Positions 51,601 through 59,150 of a stretch of 64,000 nt of DNA are shown here, piece by piece. Source of the stretch: a virus; the IMG/VR virus record IMGVR_UViG_3300025450_000016, one strand, 5' to 3'. Both the position numbers and the translations under genes were made by a program. The stretch's first letter is position 1. Every line of letters begins with the position of its first letter. The notes under the pieces are model-generated. The model worked only from the letters and a program-made list of their open reading frames with translations, was not told the origin of the DNA and did not search any database.

Positions 51601-51761
51601 ATGGTACAACTGCAACAGTAACAACTTACGGTGTAGTATCAACAGGTTCTAGCTTGGGTACATTGAGTGCAACACAAAGCGGTTCAAACGCATTGTTGCA
51701 GTTCACAGGTGCTTCAGCTGGTAACCAAGTGAGAATCAAGAAAGATTATATCGCAGTTTAA
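45633..51761 (+). CDS. Giant Thr/Ala/Gly/Ser-rich repetitive fibre-like protein (2,042 aa)
   Basis: About 20 copies of (TP/TA)IG..T..TG.FTTL and many GTLGVTGATTL; C-terminal RSAKYV module; late promoter and SD. Confidence 0.85.
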   Translation: MSAGNITRIKNNQITDSTITAQKIASGTLTGALFSPSLTLSSDVTITGNLSVSGNSSTINSVNTFINDPTVVFNNGYTGSLAGYDIGMFINRNLSSLAGYGAVNTAFVWDENAGAFIAVATTTSTGGGSSKVTSVTNSGFANVKVGNATMVSASITNNLSAGGITATPISGSTGSFTTLAASTGFSTANAVITGGSLNSTPIGATTASTGAFTTLSATSISTANAVITGGSLTNISIEGVTTLTATNFSTANAVVTGGSLDSTPIGATTASTGKFTTLSASGTLGVTGAATLSSTLAVTGATTLSTATAGAIQATAIGNVTPGTGAFTTLSSSGAATLNSAAVTNNATVGGTLGVTGATTLAGLTAGATSVTTLAASGTSTLAAVSATNVTASGTLGVTGATTLTTATASSLQATAIGNVTPGTGAFTTLTSSGASTLNSLAVTVNATVGGTLTVTGATTAANIGATNITASGTLGVTGATTLNTLSTSGAATLNSASITNNATVGGTLTVTGTLSAASASFSSINNTPVGNATPSTGAFTTLNSSGATTLGAVTATSLNSTPIGATTASTGAFTTLSATGASTLAAVSATNITASGTLSVTGNTTVGQLSVANETDTGNLTVGGTLGVTGATTLAGVTTGAATLLSASVTNNATVGGTLGVTGATTLAGLTAGAVTATSLNNTPIGATTASTGAFTTVSTSGAATLNSASITNNASVGGTLGVTGATTLGSLSVANETDTGNLTVSGGLQATAIGNVTPGTAAFTTLSTSGAATLNSVTVTNNATVNGTLTAASISIASLNNTPIGNATPSTGAFTTLSSSGAATLASASITGNETVGGTLAVTGATTLAGLTAGAVTATSLNNTPVGNATPSTGSFTTLINSGVHISNGNIVAASGTASTSTTTGALVVAGGVGISGAVFIGGNLSVAGTLTYLNTTQVQITGTEVVAGTLTANSTNTSTSTTSGALQVAGGAGIVGNIYAGSIQATPIGSYTPSTGAFTTLNATGAAALSTVTAYGIQATAIGNVTPGTGAFTTLSSSGAATLNSLVTTTSANVGGNLIVGAGSTFSGDLIPSANVTYNLGSSTNQWKTLWISGSTIQIGGVAVTAAPATGVVMPAINSTPIGNATPSTGAFTTLSSSGASTLNSLGVTNNATVGGTLGVTGATTLGTLSVTNETDTGNLTVSGGLQATAIGNVTPGTAAFTTLSTSGAATLASASITGNATVGGNATVTGNLVAANFTTSGSNGNISGVNNITATSSNFTSATVSGTLTTGSLSVASINSTPIGNATPSTAAFTTLSSSGAATLASASITGNETVGGTLAVTGATTLAGLTAGAVTATSINSTPIGATTASTGAFTTLTSSGAATLNSASVTNNATVGGTLGVTGATTLAGVTTGAATLLSAAVTNNATVGGTLGVTGATTLTTATASGLQATAIGNVTPGTGAFTNLTASGTLGVTGATTLANVSATNVTASGSATITGNVIGGNIVALGGVYGTIYGSLAGASTSSNVALYITTTTTSTNGTYYPAFLSATTGNLAPITNSSLTYNPGTGLLTTTGVTATNGTFTYVTPTNLSTGNAVLSGGTINNVVIGGTTPAAGTFTTATATNVTGTNVTGTYVTATNFSTANAQITGGTLTGITLENVTNLNVTNLSTANAVVTGGSVNSTPIGATTASTGAFTTLSTSGAATLASANVSGALIVTGTSTHTANATFGNAVTINSSQTAGSDFIAKGKNDGTLIWAHSASAYDQVVIGNTATTGNLVTGAKLIINSTDAILLPVGSNAQRPSSSGGTDVAGMIRFNNYSNSVEYYTGSGWQGSGSTFTLITDQQITADGSASSWTLTQSTTTAGVIVSINGVVQIPTLAYSVTSGTTLTFTEIPASGDIIDVRILTTTQSVSSIASANGYMGISADNNGVYISTGTSTPTNTTYWSTTGAQVSAIGNVSVGASATTIDTVDNTKFRSAKYVVQITNGSSYQVMEALLISDGTTATVTTYGVVSTGSSLGTLSATQSGSNALLQFTGASAGNQVRIKKDYIAV
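46130..50700 (+). repeat. Mosaic intragenic repeats
   Basis: Examples: a perfect 68-nt repeat at 46575-46642 and 48699-48766, and a perfect 42-nt repeat at 47502-47543 and 47601-47642. Confidence 0.85.
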
Positions 51762-51770
51762 TTGCAAGAT

Positions 51771-51799
51771 AGGTTAGGCGGGACAGGCTCGCCTAACTT
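51771..51799 (+). other. Intergenic 12-bp RNA hairpin without a U-tract
   Basis: AGGTTAGGCGGG-ACAGG-CTCGCCTAACTT. Confidence 0.6.
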
Positions 51800-51838
51800 A
51801 ATAACCTTATCGGGGAATATGGAACCGGGGAAAACAAA

Positions 51839-53791
51839 ATGGCAAACGGAAATTTCGTAGTACAAAATGGTCTAACAATTGGACCATTAACAATCGATGC
51901 TGCAACAGGTAGCATCACCACAACAGGTAACATCAACGCTGTTGTTACTTCTACATCTGAAACAATTGGTACATTAACAGCTAACACTATTGTTGCTGGT
52001 AACAACGGTACTATTATCTTAACTGGTAATATTATCCCAAGTGCTAACTTAACATACGACTTGGGTAGTTTACAAAAACAATTCCACTCAGTATACGTTG
52101 GTCCAGGCACATTGTACATTAACGGTACACCAGTATTGGGTGCGTCTACAACAGGTACACCAACAATTAACATGACAGCGTCAGCTGGTCAGAACATTAG
52201 CGTTGCCACAAACGGCGGCGGTATTTTACAACTGGACGGTGGTGCAGCAGGCGCTGGCTACATTCAAATCAAGAGCCCATTGCAAATGGCTGCCGGCTAC
52301 AACATCACAAGTAGCGATGGCAACGCAATTCAATTTGCTAACCAAATTGGTGTTGACTCGATCACATCACACTCGGCCAACACAAACTTTACCATCACTG
52401 CACAAGGTACTGGTAAAGTTGCTATCAACACAGATACAATTATTACTGGTAACTTGACAGTTAACGGTGTAACAGAAACTATCAACACAACAAACTTGTT
52501 GGTAAGCGATCAATATGCTGTTTTAAACAACGGTGTAACAGGTACTCCAACTCTAGATGCTGGTATCCGTATCAACCGTGGTACAAGCAACAACGCAGTA
52601 TTAAAATGGACTGAATCAGTTCAAGCCTGGCAAATCAGTAGCGACAATACCACATACGGTAACATTGCTACACAAAGTTATGTATCAAGTGCTATTTCAG
52701 CAGCTACTCCAAGTGCCAGCACATTGACTGGTACAACACTAGCAAGCACTATTGTCAACAGCAGCTTGACAAGCGTTGGTACATTGGCCAACTTGACAGT
52801 AACCAATACCATTACTGGTTCAGTAAGTGGTAACGCTGGTACAGCAACCAAATTGGCTACAGCTAGAACTATTGCGTTGACAGGCGATGCAACTGCAAGC
52901 GGTTCATTTGATGGTAGTGCAAACTACAGTCAAGCTGTAACACTTGCCACAGTTAACAGCAACGTAGGTTCATTTGGTAATGCAACAACGATTCCGGTTA
53001 TCACAGTTAACGCAAAAGGTCTTGTAACCGCAGTATCAACTGCTAGCATTTCTGGAGCATTGACATTTACTGGTGATGTGACTGGTACAGGTAGTACTGG
53101 TGGTTCAACAGCATTGACAATCGCATCCGGCGCAGTGACAAATGCCAAATTACAGTACAGCACAATTACTCATAGTGCTGGTACAGGTATTAGCATTTCT
53201 GGTGGTACTACAAGTTTAGGTGGTACTGTAACAATTACCAACAGCGGTGTCACAAGTTTAAGCAGCGGTGGTCACATTACTGCAAGTGCATCAACTGGTA
53301 GTATTACGCTAGGTTCAGATGCAACAAGCAGCAACACAGCTGGCACAATCGTTGCACGTGATGGTTCGGGCAACTTCAGTGCTGGTACAGTTAGTGCTAC
53401 AGCAACAACAGCACAATACGCTGACTTGGCAGAAAACTACCAAGGCGACAAAGCGTATGCTCCTGGTACAGTAGTTATGTTTGGCGGCGATCAAGAAGTT
53501 ACAGTAGCCGATGCAGATACACGTGCAGTGGCAGGTGTAGTATCTACTAACCCAGCTCACTTGATGAACGGTGGCCTAAACGGTGCCAACGTAGTTCCTG
53601 TAGCATTACAAGGTCGTGTTCCTTGTATGGTTATTGGTCCTGTCAAGAAAGGCGATATGCTAGTTTCAGCAGGATACGGTTATGCCAAGTCCAGTGCTAA
53701 CCCACAAATGGGTCAAGTGATTGGTAAAGCATTGTACGACTTCCCAGGTAACAGCAAGGCTGTTATCGAAGTAGTTGTTGGTCGTATCTAA
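51839..53791 (+). CDS. Fibre/spike protein with C-terminal intramolecular chaperone (peptidase G2-like autoproteolytic) domain
   Basis: ATKLATARTI fibre motif; C-terminal YADLAENY...GTVV...VAGVVST.PA.LMN...VAL.GRVPC.V.G.V.KGD.LVS...VIGKAL. Confidence 0.75.
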   Translation: MANGNFVVQNGLTIGPLTIDAATGSITTTGNINAVVTSTSETIGTLTANTIVAGNNGTIILTGNIIPSANLTYDLGSLQKQFHSVYVGPGTLYINGTPVLGASTTGTPTINMTASAGQNISVATNGGGILQLDGGAAGAGYIQIKSPLQMAAGYNITSSDGNAIQFANQIGVDSITSHSANTNFTITAQGTGKVAINTDTIITGNLTVNGVTETINTTNLLVSDQYAVLNNGVTGTPTLDAGIRINRGTSNNAVLKWTESVQAWQISSDNTTYGNIATQSYVSSAISAATPSASTLTGTTLASTIVNSSLTSVGTLANLTVTNTITGSVSGNAGTATKLATARTIALTGDATASGSFDGSANYSQAVTLATVNSNVGSFGNATTIPVITVNAKGLVTAVSTASISGALTFTGDVTGTGSTGGSTALTIASGAVTNAKLQYSTITHSAGTGISISGGTTSLGGTVTITNSGVTSLSSGGHITASASTGSITLGSDATSSNTAGTIVARDGSGNFSAGTVSATATTAQYADLAENYQGDKAYAPGTVVMFGGDQEVTVADADTRAVAGVVSTNPAHLMNGGLNGANVVPVALQGRVPCMVIGPVKKGDMLVSAGYGYAKSSANPQMGQVIGKALYDFPGNSKAVIEVVVGRI

Positions 53792-53810
53792 TACTATTAT
53801 CAGTATTGTC

Positions 53811-53836
53811 AAAAAGGGCGCTTAGGCGCCTTTTTT
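53811..53836 (+). terminator. Intrinsic terminator
   Basis: GGCGC-TTAG-GCGCC followed by TTTTTT. Confidence 0.85.
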
Positions 53837-53874
53837 GTTTGGCGATAAATATACAATAACACGGAATTTAACTG

Positions 53875-55005
53875 ATGGCATTAACTAGACCAAAAATTTG
53901 GGATATTGATACTAATATCGAATATTTTATGGACCCAATTACGGTCCTTCACCAAGGTGCATCTAGTGCCAACGTTGATGTGGGATTTTTATTTAATCGT
54001 GCCAACGGACTAGTTTCAAATGTTTCGTTGTATTGGTCAGAAACCAATCAAAGTTTTGTCACCGCATTTACCTCAAACACCGGTTCAACAAACAGTAATA
54101 TTGCACCCAGCAGTTATGCCAACCTAACAGTAGGCAACGTACTGTTGATCAACGGTACCATTGCTATCAATGGAAACCTAGGGCTAGCAGGACAGTACAT
54201 TGTGTCTACCGGATCGGGTATGGCCTGGACCACGGCTGCTTTCAACGGTGGCACAATTACTAATGCGTTGACAGTTACAGCCAACGTGACAGCACCACAA
54301 TACAATTTTGCCAATGGCGTAAACATTTTATCAACTGTGACCAACACGTATGGTAATACACAGGTGGCTGCCTACTTACCAACGTATAACGGTGCATTAA
54401 CAGCAAATGCACTTACAGTATCACAAACTGGAACTGGTAATCAATATGCACTAACTATGAAAGGTTCCGGTTCTGGCGACCAGTGGGCTTTTACAGTAGG
54501 AAGTACAGCTGGACAAAATAATATTACTAGTCTTAATACTGCCGGTAGTAGTTATGCACCTTTTACAGTAAACGGATCAACATTCACTATTGGCACAACT
54601 GGCGCCAGCGCAACCACAAGCGTATCAATTGACAACACTGGTGCAACTCGAGCCTACGGGAATTTAACATACGGTGTAGTACCAATTCTCAACAGCTCAA
54701 GTACTACTACCAGCATAGGAACCAGCCCGGTGGCCATTGACTCATTTAGCAGCACAGCTTATCGTAGTGCCAAATATGTGATATCAGTTACTGATGTGAC
54801 CAATACCGCATATCAAACGTCAGAAATATTGCTGATGCAAGACGGCACCAACTCAACTATCACCAGCTACGGATTGTTAGTTTCCAGTGGCAATGCCAAA
54901 ATGTCATTTAGTTCCAACCTAGTAGCCGGCAACGTTACTTTATGGGGTACAGGAGTGAGTGCAAATAACACAGTAAAACTGGCTAGAACACTGATTCCAG
55001 TCTAA
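53875..55005 (+). CDS. Virion structural/fibre-like protein
   Basis: Shares the N-terminal DP..V....D.G...NR module and the C-terminal ID.F....YRSAKYV module with 45633. Confidence 0.75.
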   Translation: MALTRPKIWDIDTNIEYFMDPITVLHQGASSANVDVGFLFNRANGLVSNVSLYWSETNQSFVTAFTSNTGSTNSNIAPSSYANLTVGNVLLINGTIAINGNLGLAGQYIVSTGSGMAWTTAAFNGGTITNALTVTANVTAPQYNFANGVNILSTVTNTYGNTQVAAYLPTYNGALTANALTVSQTGTGNQYALTMKGSGSGDQWAFTVGSTAGQNNITSLNTAGSSYAPFTVNGSTFTIGTTGASATTSVSIDNTGATRAYGNLTYGVVPILNSSSTTTSIGTSPVAIDSFSSTAYRSAKYVISVTDVTNTAYQTSEILLMQDGTNSTITSYGLLVSSGNAKMSFSSNLVAGNVTLWGTGVSANNTVKLARTLIPV

Positions 55006-55045
55006 ACTCCATAAATACAATATAAGAAACCCAAGGATTGTTAAA

Positions 55046-55801
55046 ATGCAAATGCTAAAAGAAATTTATCGTGCTACATATGGTGGAGAACACATTGTTT
55101 CTCAATTGACTCTTCGCGACGGCGACTGGGAAACTGAAACTGAATATGTACCAAATAGTGTGTTTGCAACACATACTACAAATCAAGCTGTGGCCATTGG
55201 TAACGGTGAAAGTCGTTTGGCATTTGATTTAACACATTTGGCCAACCACAAAGGTGGATTGTTGGGCGAAAACAAATTGCAAACTTACGGTTGCAATGCA
55301 CTATACAGAGATTTCGCTCCAGACTTTTTAGTAGCAGTTGGTCCCGACACTGGCGACGAAAACGACATCATTAAAGAAATTGCCGACAGCGGTTATGCAG
55401 ACAACCATATTGTATACACCAACACTTTTGGAATCACACAATATCCTGGTAAATTTTATCTAGTACCACAAAACATACACTACGACAGTGGTGCATTGGC
55501 TGCCTATTTGGCCTGTTTTGATGGACATAAAAAAGTATTTTTGTTGGGTTATGACAACTATGTACACGATCAGAAGTCATCAAGTGTGTACGCTGGAACA
55601 AAATGTTATCCAACAGATGAAATATTCAATGGCGCATTTTTTGAATTGAGTTTACTCAATGTTATGAAAACTTATTTGTCGGTTGAATTTGTTCGCATCA
55701 CACCAACTGTTCAAACTTTTTGTCCCGATAGTTGGCAAGCTCAATTGAATTTTAGACAGATCAGTTTTAGAGATTTTGTTTTTGAAGCTGATATTGGTTA
55801 A
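55046..55801 (+). CDS. Maf/DUF115-like putative glycosyltransferase-fold protein
   Basis: AIGNGES, YGCNA.YRDF.PDFLVAV, SGA.A.YLA...G.KKVFLLGYD motifs; has its own late promoter at 55012. Confidence 0.55.
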   Translation: MQMLKEIYRATYGGEHIVSQLTLRDGDWETETEYVPNSVFATHTTNQAVAIGNGESRLAFDLTHLANHKGGLLGENKLQTYGCNALYRDFAPDFLVAVGPDTGDENDIIKEIADSGYADNHIVYTNTFGITQYPGKFYLVPQNIHYDSGALAAYLACFDGHKKVFLLGYDNYVHDQKSSSVYAGTKCYPTDEIFNGAFFELSLLNVMKTYLSVEFVRITPTVQTFCPDSWQAQLNFRQISFRDFVFEADIG

Positions 55802-56226
55802 TTCAATATTGATTCTAGCGTTTTAATTTTCTTTTTAACAATATTAAAACTGAAACTACGCCAGAGCCCCGGATGTAACGGGGTTGGGTGATCATCCAGA
55901 TTGACCCAGCAGTAACCCCTGTGTTCGTTGTTTAATACAGGAACAAACTCCTCCTCAACAGTTACCAAGAATGTGTAGTATACAAATTTTTGATTGTCGG
56001 CAGTGAATGTTTCCAATGGAATAAATTTACGGTTGGTATAATCCTGACCTATTTCTTCGCGTATTTCTCTTACCAGTGCGTGTATAACAGTTTCGTTGGG
56101 TTCAATTTTTCCACCAGCTATACCCCAACTGCCTGCGTGACGACTTTTGTTTCTCAACAAGAACAAGTAACGATGAGTATTTTTTGCGTAGATTAACGCA
56201 CCTACGCCTTCGGAGCATTCTTTCAT
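55798..56226 (-). CDS. NUDIX hydrolase
   Basis: Nudix box GGKIEPNETVIHALVREIREEIG; ATG overlaps the gp15 stop. Confidence 0.9.
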   Translation of the reverse strand: MKECSEGVGALIYAKNTHRYLFLLRNKSRHAGSWGIAGGKIEPNETVIHALVREIREEIGQDYTNRKFIPLETFTADNQKFVYYTFLVTVEEEFVPVLNNEHRGYCWVNLDDHPTPLHPGLWRSFSFNIVKKKIKTLESILN

Positions 56227-57605
56227 TATGGTACCAAACTCCACATACCGGATCGGTAAAAACCTTCGTAACTTTTGACCCAAGCAGAGCCAGTCCAGCA
56301 GTATTGTATTGTGGTTTTTAAATTGGCCACATACTGCACACCAGGATTGTTTTGACTGTCAAATGCCACTTGCCAGTAGTTGCCATTCCATTCAATAATG
56401 TCATTGGCTCGAGCTATCAAGTTTGTGCCCGGAGTTCCGCGCCACGCAACGGCCGGCTCAGTGTTGGCTTCGCCGATGGGATTTAAGATCAAGTATCTAG
56501 TACCAGCGGTAGGGCTCAGCAAATGCATCTGTTCTACATTAACTGTCATTGGATCAATAATAGCATCTACCGGCGCCAGGGTATTGGCCGGCAATGTTGC
56601 TGGATCGGGTGTAAACAATAATTGTGTATCATCTGTGGGGTTGTATGCAACAGTACCAACTATTTGGTGTAGACCAGTAGGACTATCAAATGTTAATCTG
56701 AGTTGACTGATACCGTTGGTTAACCGACCGTATAAACCAGTCAAACTATTCCATTTGACAGTTTGTCCGTAAACAGTACCATCGCTTTCAGTTACTCCAT
56801 ACTTGTACAAAGTCAATGAATTGCCAACAAACAGCACTTCATAATTCATTGGTGTAAATTGCTGACGTGCCACTAGCCCTTGTAAGTTGGTTAACACTTC
56901 TTCGCTCAAGGTACCTTCTTCGCTGTATATGCTGGCAACAATCTGTGATACAACTCCGCCTTTTTTAACTTTGGCCGGCAAGCTGATCCAGATAGGCATT
57001 TCAAATGTCAAGGTAGCAACATCAATGGATTCATCTGCGCCAGACGGAATTGATCTATTGGTATAGTCGGTGTTGGTCAACAGCACAACACTCAAACTGG
57101 TCCAGTCAATGAAGTTATCGTTGCTTTGTATTTCTATGCCAGGATTGAACAAGGGAATAATTTGTTCAAGTATTTGATGTTTTTGTTCGGTGTTTGATGT
57201 CCATATGTCCAGCTTCATAGTCAGCTTGTATGGTGCTGGCATCATACGATCTACAGTATACAGGCCATCAGAACTGGCTTCGTACGATTCAGTGTCTTCG
57301 TTGTAAACTCTTTCATTGACACGTATGGATCCTTCGTGATAAGGATTTTGTACACGGTCGCGATCGTATTGCAATGCAGAAATATAACAGGCCATTGCCG
57401 GTACCGAATTCAAACTGTTTTCGCTGTTGCCACGCAGGATCATTGCAGCCTGTCTGCTGACATCGCCGTAGTAGACTGGAACAGTTTGTAGTGTATGATT
57501 ACCGTCGGAATTTTTACCAAATTCAACTTGGAATCCAGAAACCATTCTAATAAATTGAATCACGAATCGACGTATCTGTCCGTCGTAACTGAATTGTACA
57601 GCCAT
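56226..57605 (-). CDS. gp15: Tail terminator/sheath stabiliser, gp15-like, with C-terminal extension
   Basis: Y..QIRR...QF, VPV.YG, P.PY.L...L.IW....EQ..QILEQI.PLFNP motifs. Confidence 0.8.
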   Translation of the reverse strand: MAVQFSYDGQIRRFVIQFIRMVSGFQVEFGKNSDGNHTLQTVPVYYGDVSRQAAMILRGNSENSLNSVPAMACYISALQYDRDRVQNPYHEGSIRVNERVYNEDTESYEASSDGLYTVDRMMPAPYKLTMKLDIWTSNTEQKHQILEQIIPLFNPGIEIQSNDNFIDWTSLSVVLLTNTDYTNRSIPSGADESIDVATLTFEMPIWISLPAKVKKGGVVSQIVASIYSEEGTLSEEVLTNLQGLVARQQFTPMNYEVLFVGNSLTLYKYGVTESDGTVYGQTVKWNSLTGLYGRLTNGISQLRLTFDSPTGLHQIVGTVAYNPTDDTQLLFTPDPATLPANTLAPVDAIIDPMTVNVEQMHLLSPTAGTRYLILNPIGEANTEPAVAWRGTPGTNLIARANDIIEWNGNYWQVAFDSQNNPGVQYVANLKTTIQYCWTGSAWVKSYEGFYRSGMWSLVP

Positions 57606-58774
57606 TAATTATCTGCCTTGGGTTTTAGTACCTGACTCAATGCTTGTCTTTCGGTATGTGACACACCTTGAGAGTCAGTGTAGGTATTAGTGTTATTTAC
57701 ATAGGTCATACGCTGTGTGCTAGAATCTTCGCTCGGAGTGATATTGGTTCTAACCTTGTCTTCGATCTTGGTCCAGCTTCGGCCGTTGAAACGGAACAAA
57801 CGATTTGGCAAGTAGTCTAGGCGTAGGAAATAGTCTCCTTCGTTTGGATGTGCTGGGAACGCAATGCCTGCACCAGTAGGTACACCATTGGGAGCCAGCC
57901 CATCACCGGACAAGTAACCTTCAATTTTATAATTGGGAGTAGGAGATCCCTGATCTGAGTTAACTACCGAATTGTCAGCTGTGATAACAGTACTGTCGGC
58001 TGCAATTGGAATTCCAGCTGGTGAACCGTCGTTGTTAAATGGCGTGGTATAAAGTGTACTGGTATCGTAACCAGATTTGGGAACATCGACTTCGGCCTGA
58101 GTTACAATGGCCTCGTTGATATTTAGGTATTTGTCGTAAGTGCTTAAAATTTGACCAACCGGTGTGTCTGTGCCCGGGCCAGCTTTGATTCGGTCAAGTA
58201 TATCTTTGTACTCTTGACTGTCTACTAAGGGATTAAGTTTGACACGCCACAGGTGTGGCCACCAAGTTGGGCTAAAACCTTCAGCGGCAAATGATGCGTC
58301 ACCTACCACATAATATCTCTTTAATGCAGCCGGCACATCTTGATCCAGTGCATCGTAATCTTTCAAATGTTGTAGCTCTAGCACGTCACCGGCAATCAAT
58401 TTGCGCCCTAGCATATCAACCATATCACGCAAATGGAAAACCATAAAGATGGTACCAGTTTGCAAGAACAAGCCAAATTGACTTAGATCAAAGTCTTGGT
58501 CACCGCGTTGGTAGATACCACGCATTTTGTAAACATCCTGATCGTACTTGCGATCACGGTTTTCTAACCACAGCAAGTCTTGAATATTTTGTTCACTTTG
58601 ATTTAGGTAATCGGGTTTGGTAGCATCAGTACTACCGGTTTGTTCGATTGGCCCTAGATACTTGTTTACCAAAATTCCAGTACCGCCAATGGTAAACATT
58701 TCGCTGATCCGGCGATCTATAAACTTGTAATCATTTGAATGTTGGCCGTCTTTCCAAAGACTTAAACGCGGCAT
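57605..58774 (-). CDS. gp14: Neck/head-completion protein, gp14-like
   Basis: IQDLL.LENRDR.Y, LSQFGLF and GDV.EL motifs; upstream of gp15. Confidence 0.7.
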   Translation of the reverse strand: MPRLSLWKDGQHSNDYKFIDRRISEMFTIGGTGILVNKYLGPIEQTGSTDATKPDYLNQSEQNIQDLLWLENRDRKYDQDVYKMRGIYQRGDQDFDLSQFGLFLQTGTIFMVFHLRDMVDMLGRKLIAGDVLELQHLKDYDALDQDVPAALKRYYVVGDASFAAEGFSPTWWPHLWRVKLNPLVDSQEYKDILDRIKAGPGTDTPVGQILSTYDKYLNINEAIVTQAEVDVPKSGYDTSTLYTTPFNNDGSPAGIPIAADSTVITADNSVVNSDQGSPTPNYKIEGYLSGDGLAPNGVPTGAGIAFPAHPNEGDYFLRLDYLPNRLFRFNGRSWTKIEDKVRTNITPSEDSSTQRMTYVNNTNTYTDSQGVSHTERQALSQVLKPKADN

Positions 58775-58805
58775 AGTCAATCCCTATATTGTAGTATTTA
58801 TGGGT

Positions 58806-58834
58806 TTGACCAACAATGGTCAAAATGCTATACT
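58806..58834 (+). promoter_or_regulatory. Sigma70-type early promoter
   Basis: TTGACC-N17-TATACT with an extended TG. Confidence 0.8.
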
Positions 58835-58840
58835 AGCACT

Positions 58841-59098
58841 ATGGAGCACAATTCTGACTACAAACATCGTATAGATCAGGCATTTTTTGCCATAATACAG
58901 GTGCGCCCAGATCAACGCGAAGATCTAAGACGTATGTGGCGTGCCACTAGAAATTTATGGGATCAATTGGATATTGAGCTAATTAACTGCAAGCGATTGC
59001 ACAAAGTAACACCAAAGTATGCAGAATTAGAAACTGAGCTAAGTCAGTGTTTACTAACATTGGAAGGCTACATTAGTTGGGGGCATCTGTGCGGTTGA
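58841..59098 (+). CDS. Early hypothetical protein
   Basis: ATG lies 6 nt after a sigma70 -10 box. Confidence 0.65.
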   Translation: MEHNSDYKHRIDQAFFAIIQVRPDQREDLRRMWRATRNLWDQLDIELINCKRLHKVTPKYAELETELSQCLLTLEGYISWGHLCG

Positions 59099-59123
59099 CT
59101 AAATATTACCAAAATGCTATACT
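59095..59123 (+). promoter_or_regulatory. Sigma70-type early promoter
   Basis: TTGACT-N17-TATACT; shares CAAAATGCTATACTAG with the 58806 promoter. Confidence 0.8.
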
Positions 59124-59150
59124 AGGCTATACGAATAAGGAGCAGGCACA

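Noticed and set aside
51759-51841. Stop-codon readthrough fusing 45633 and 51839
   Set aside because: The 77-nt gap puts the genes out of frame, and the readthrough frame stops shortly after.
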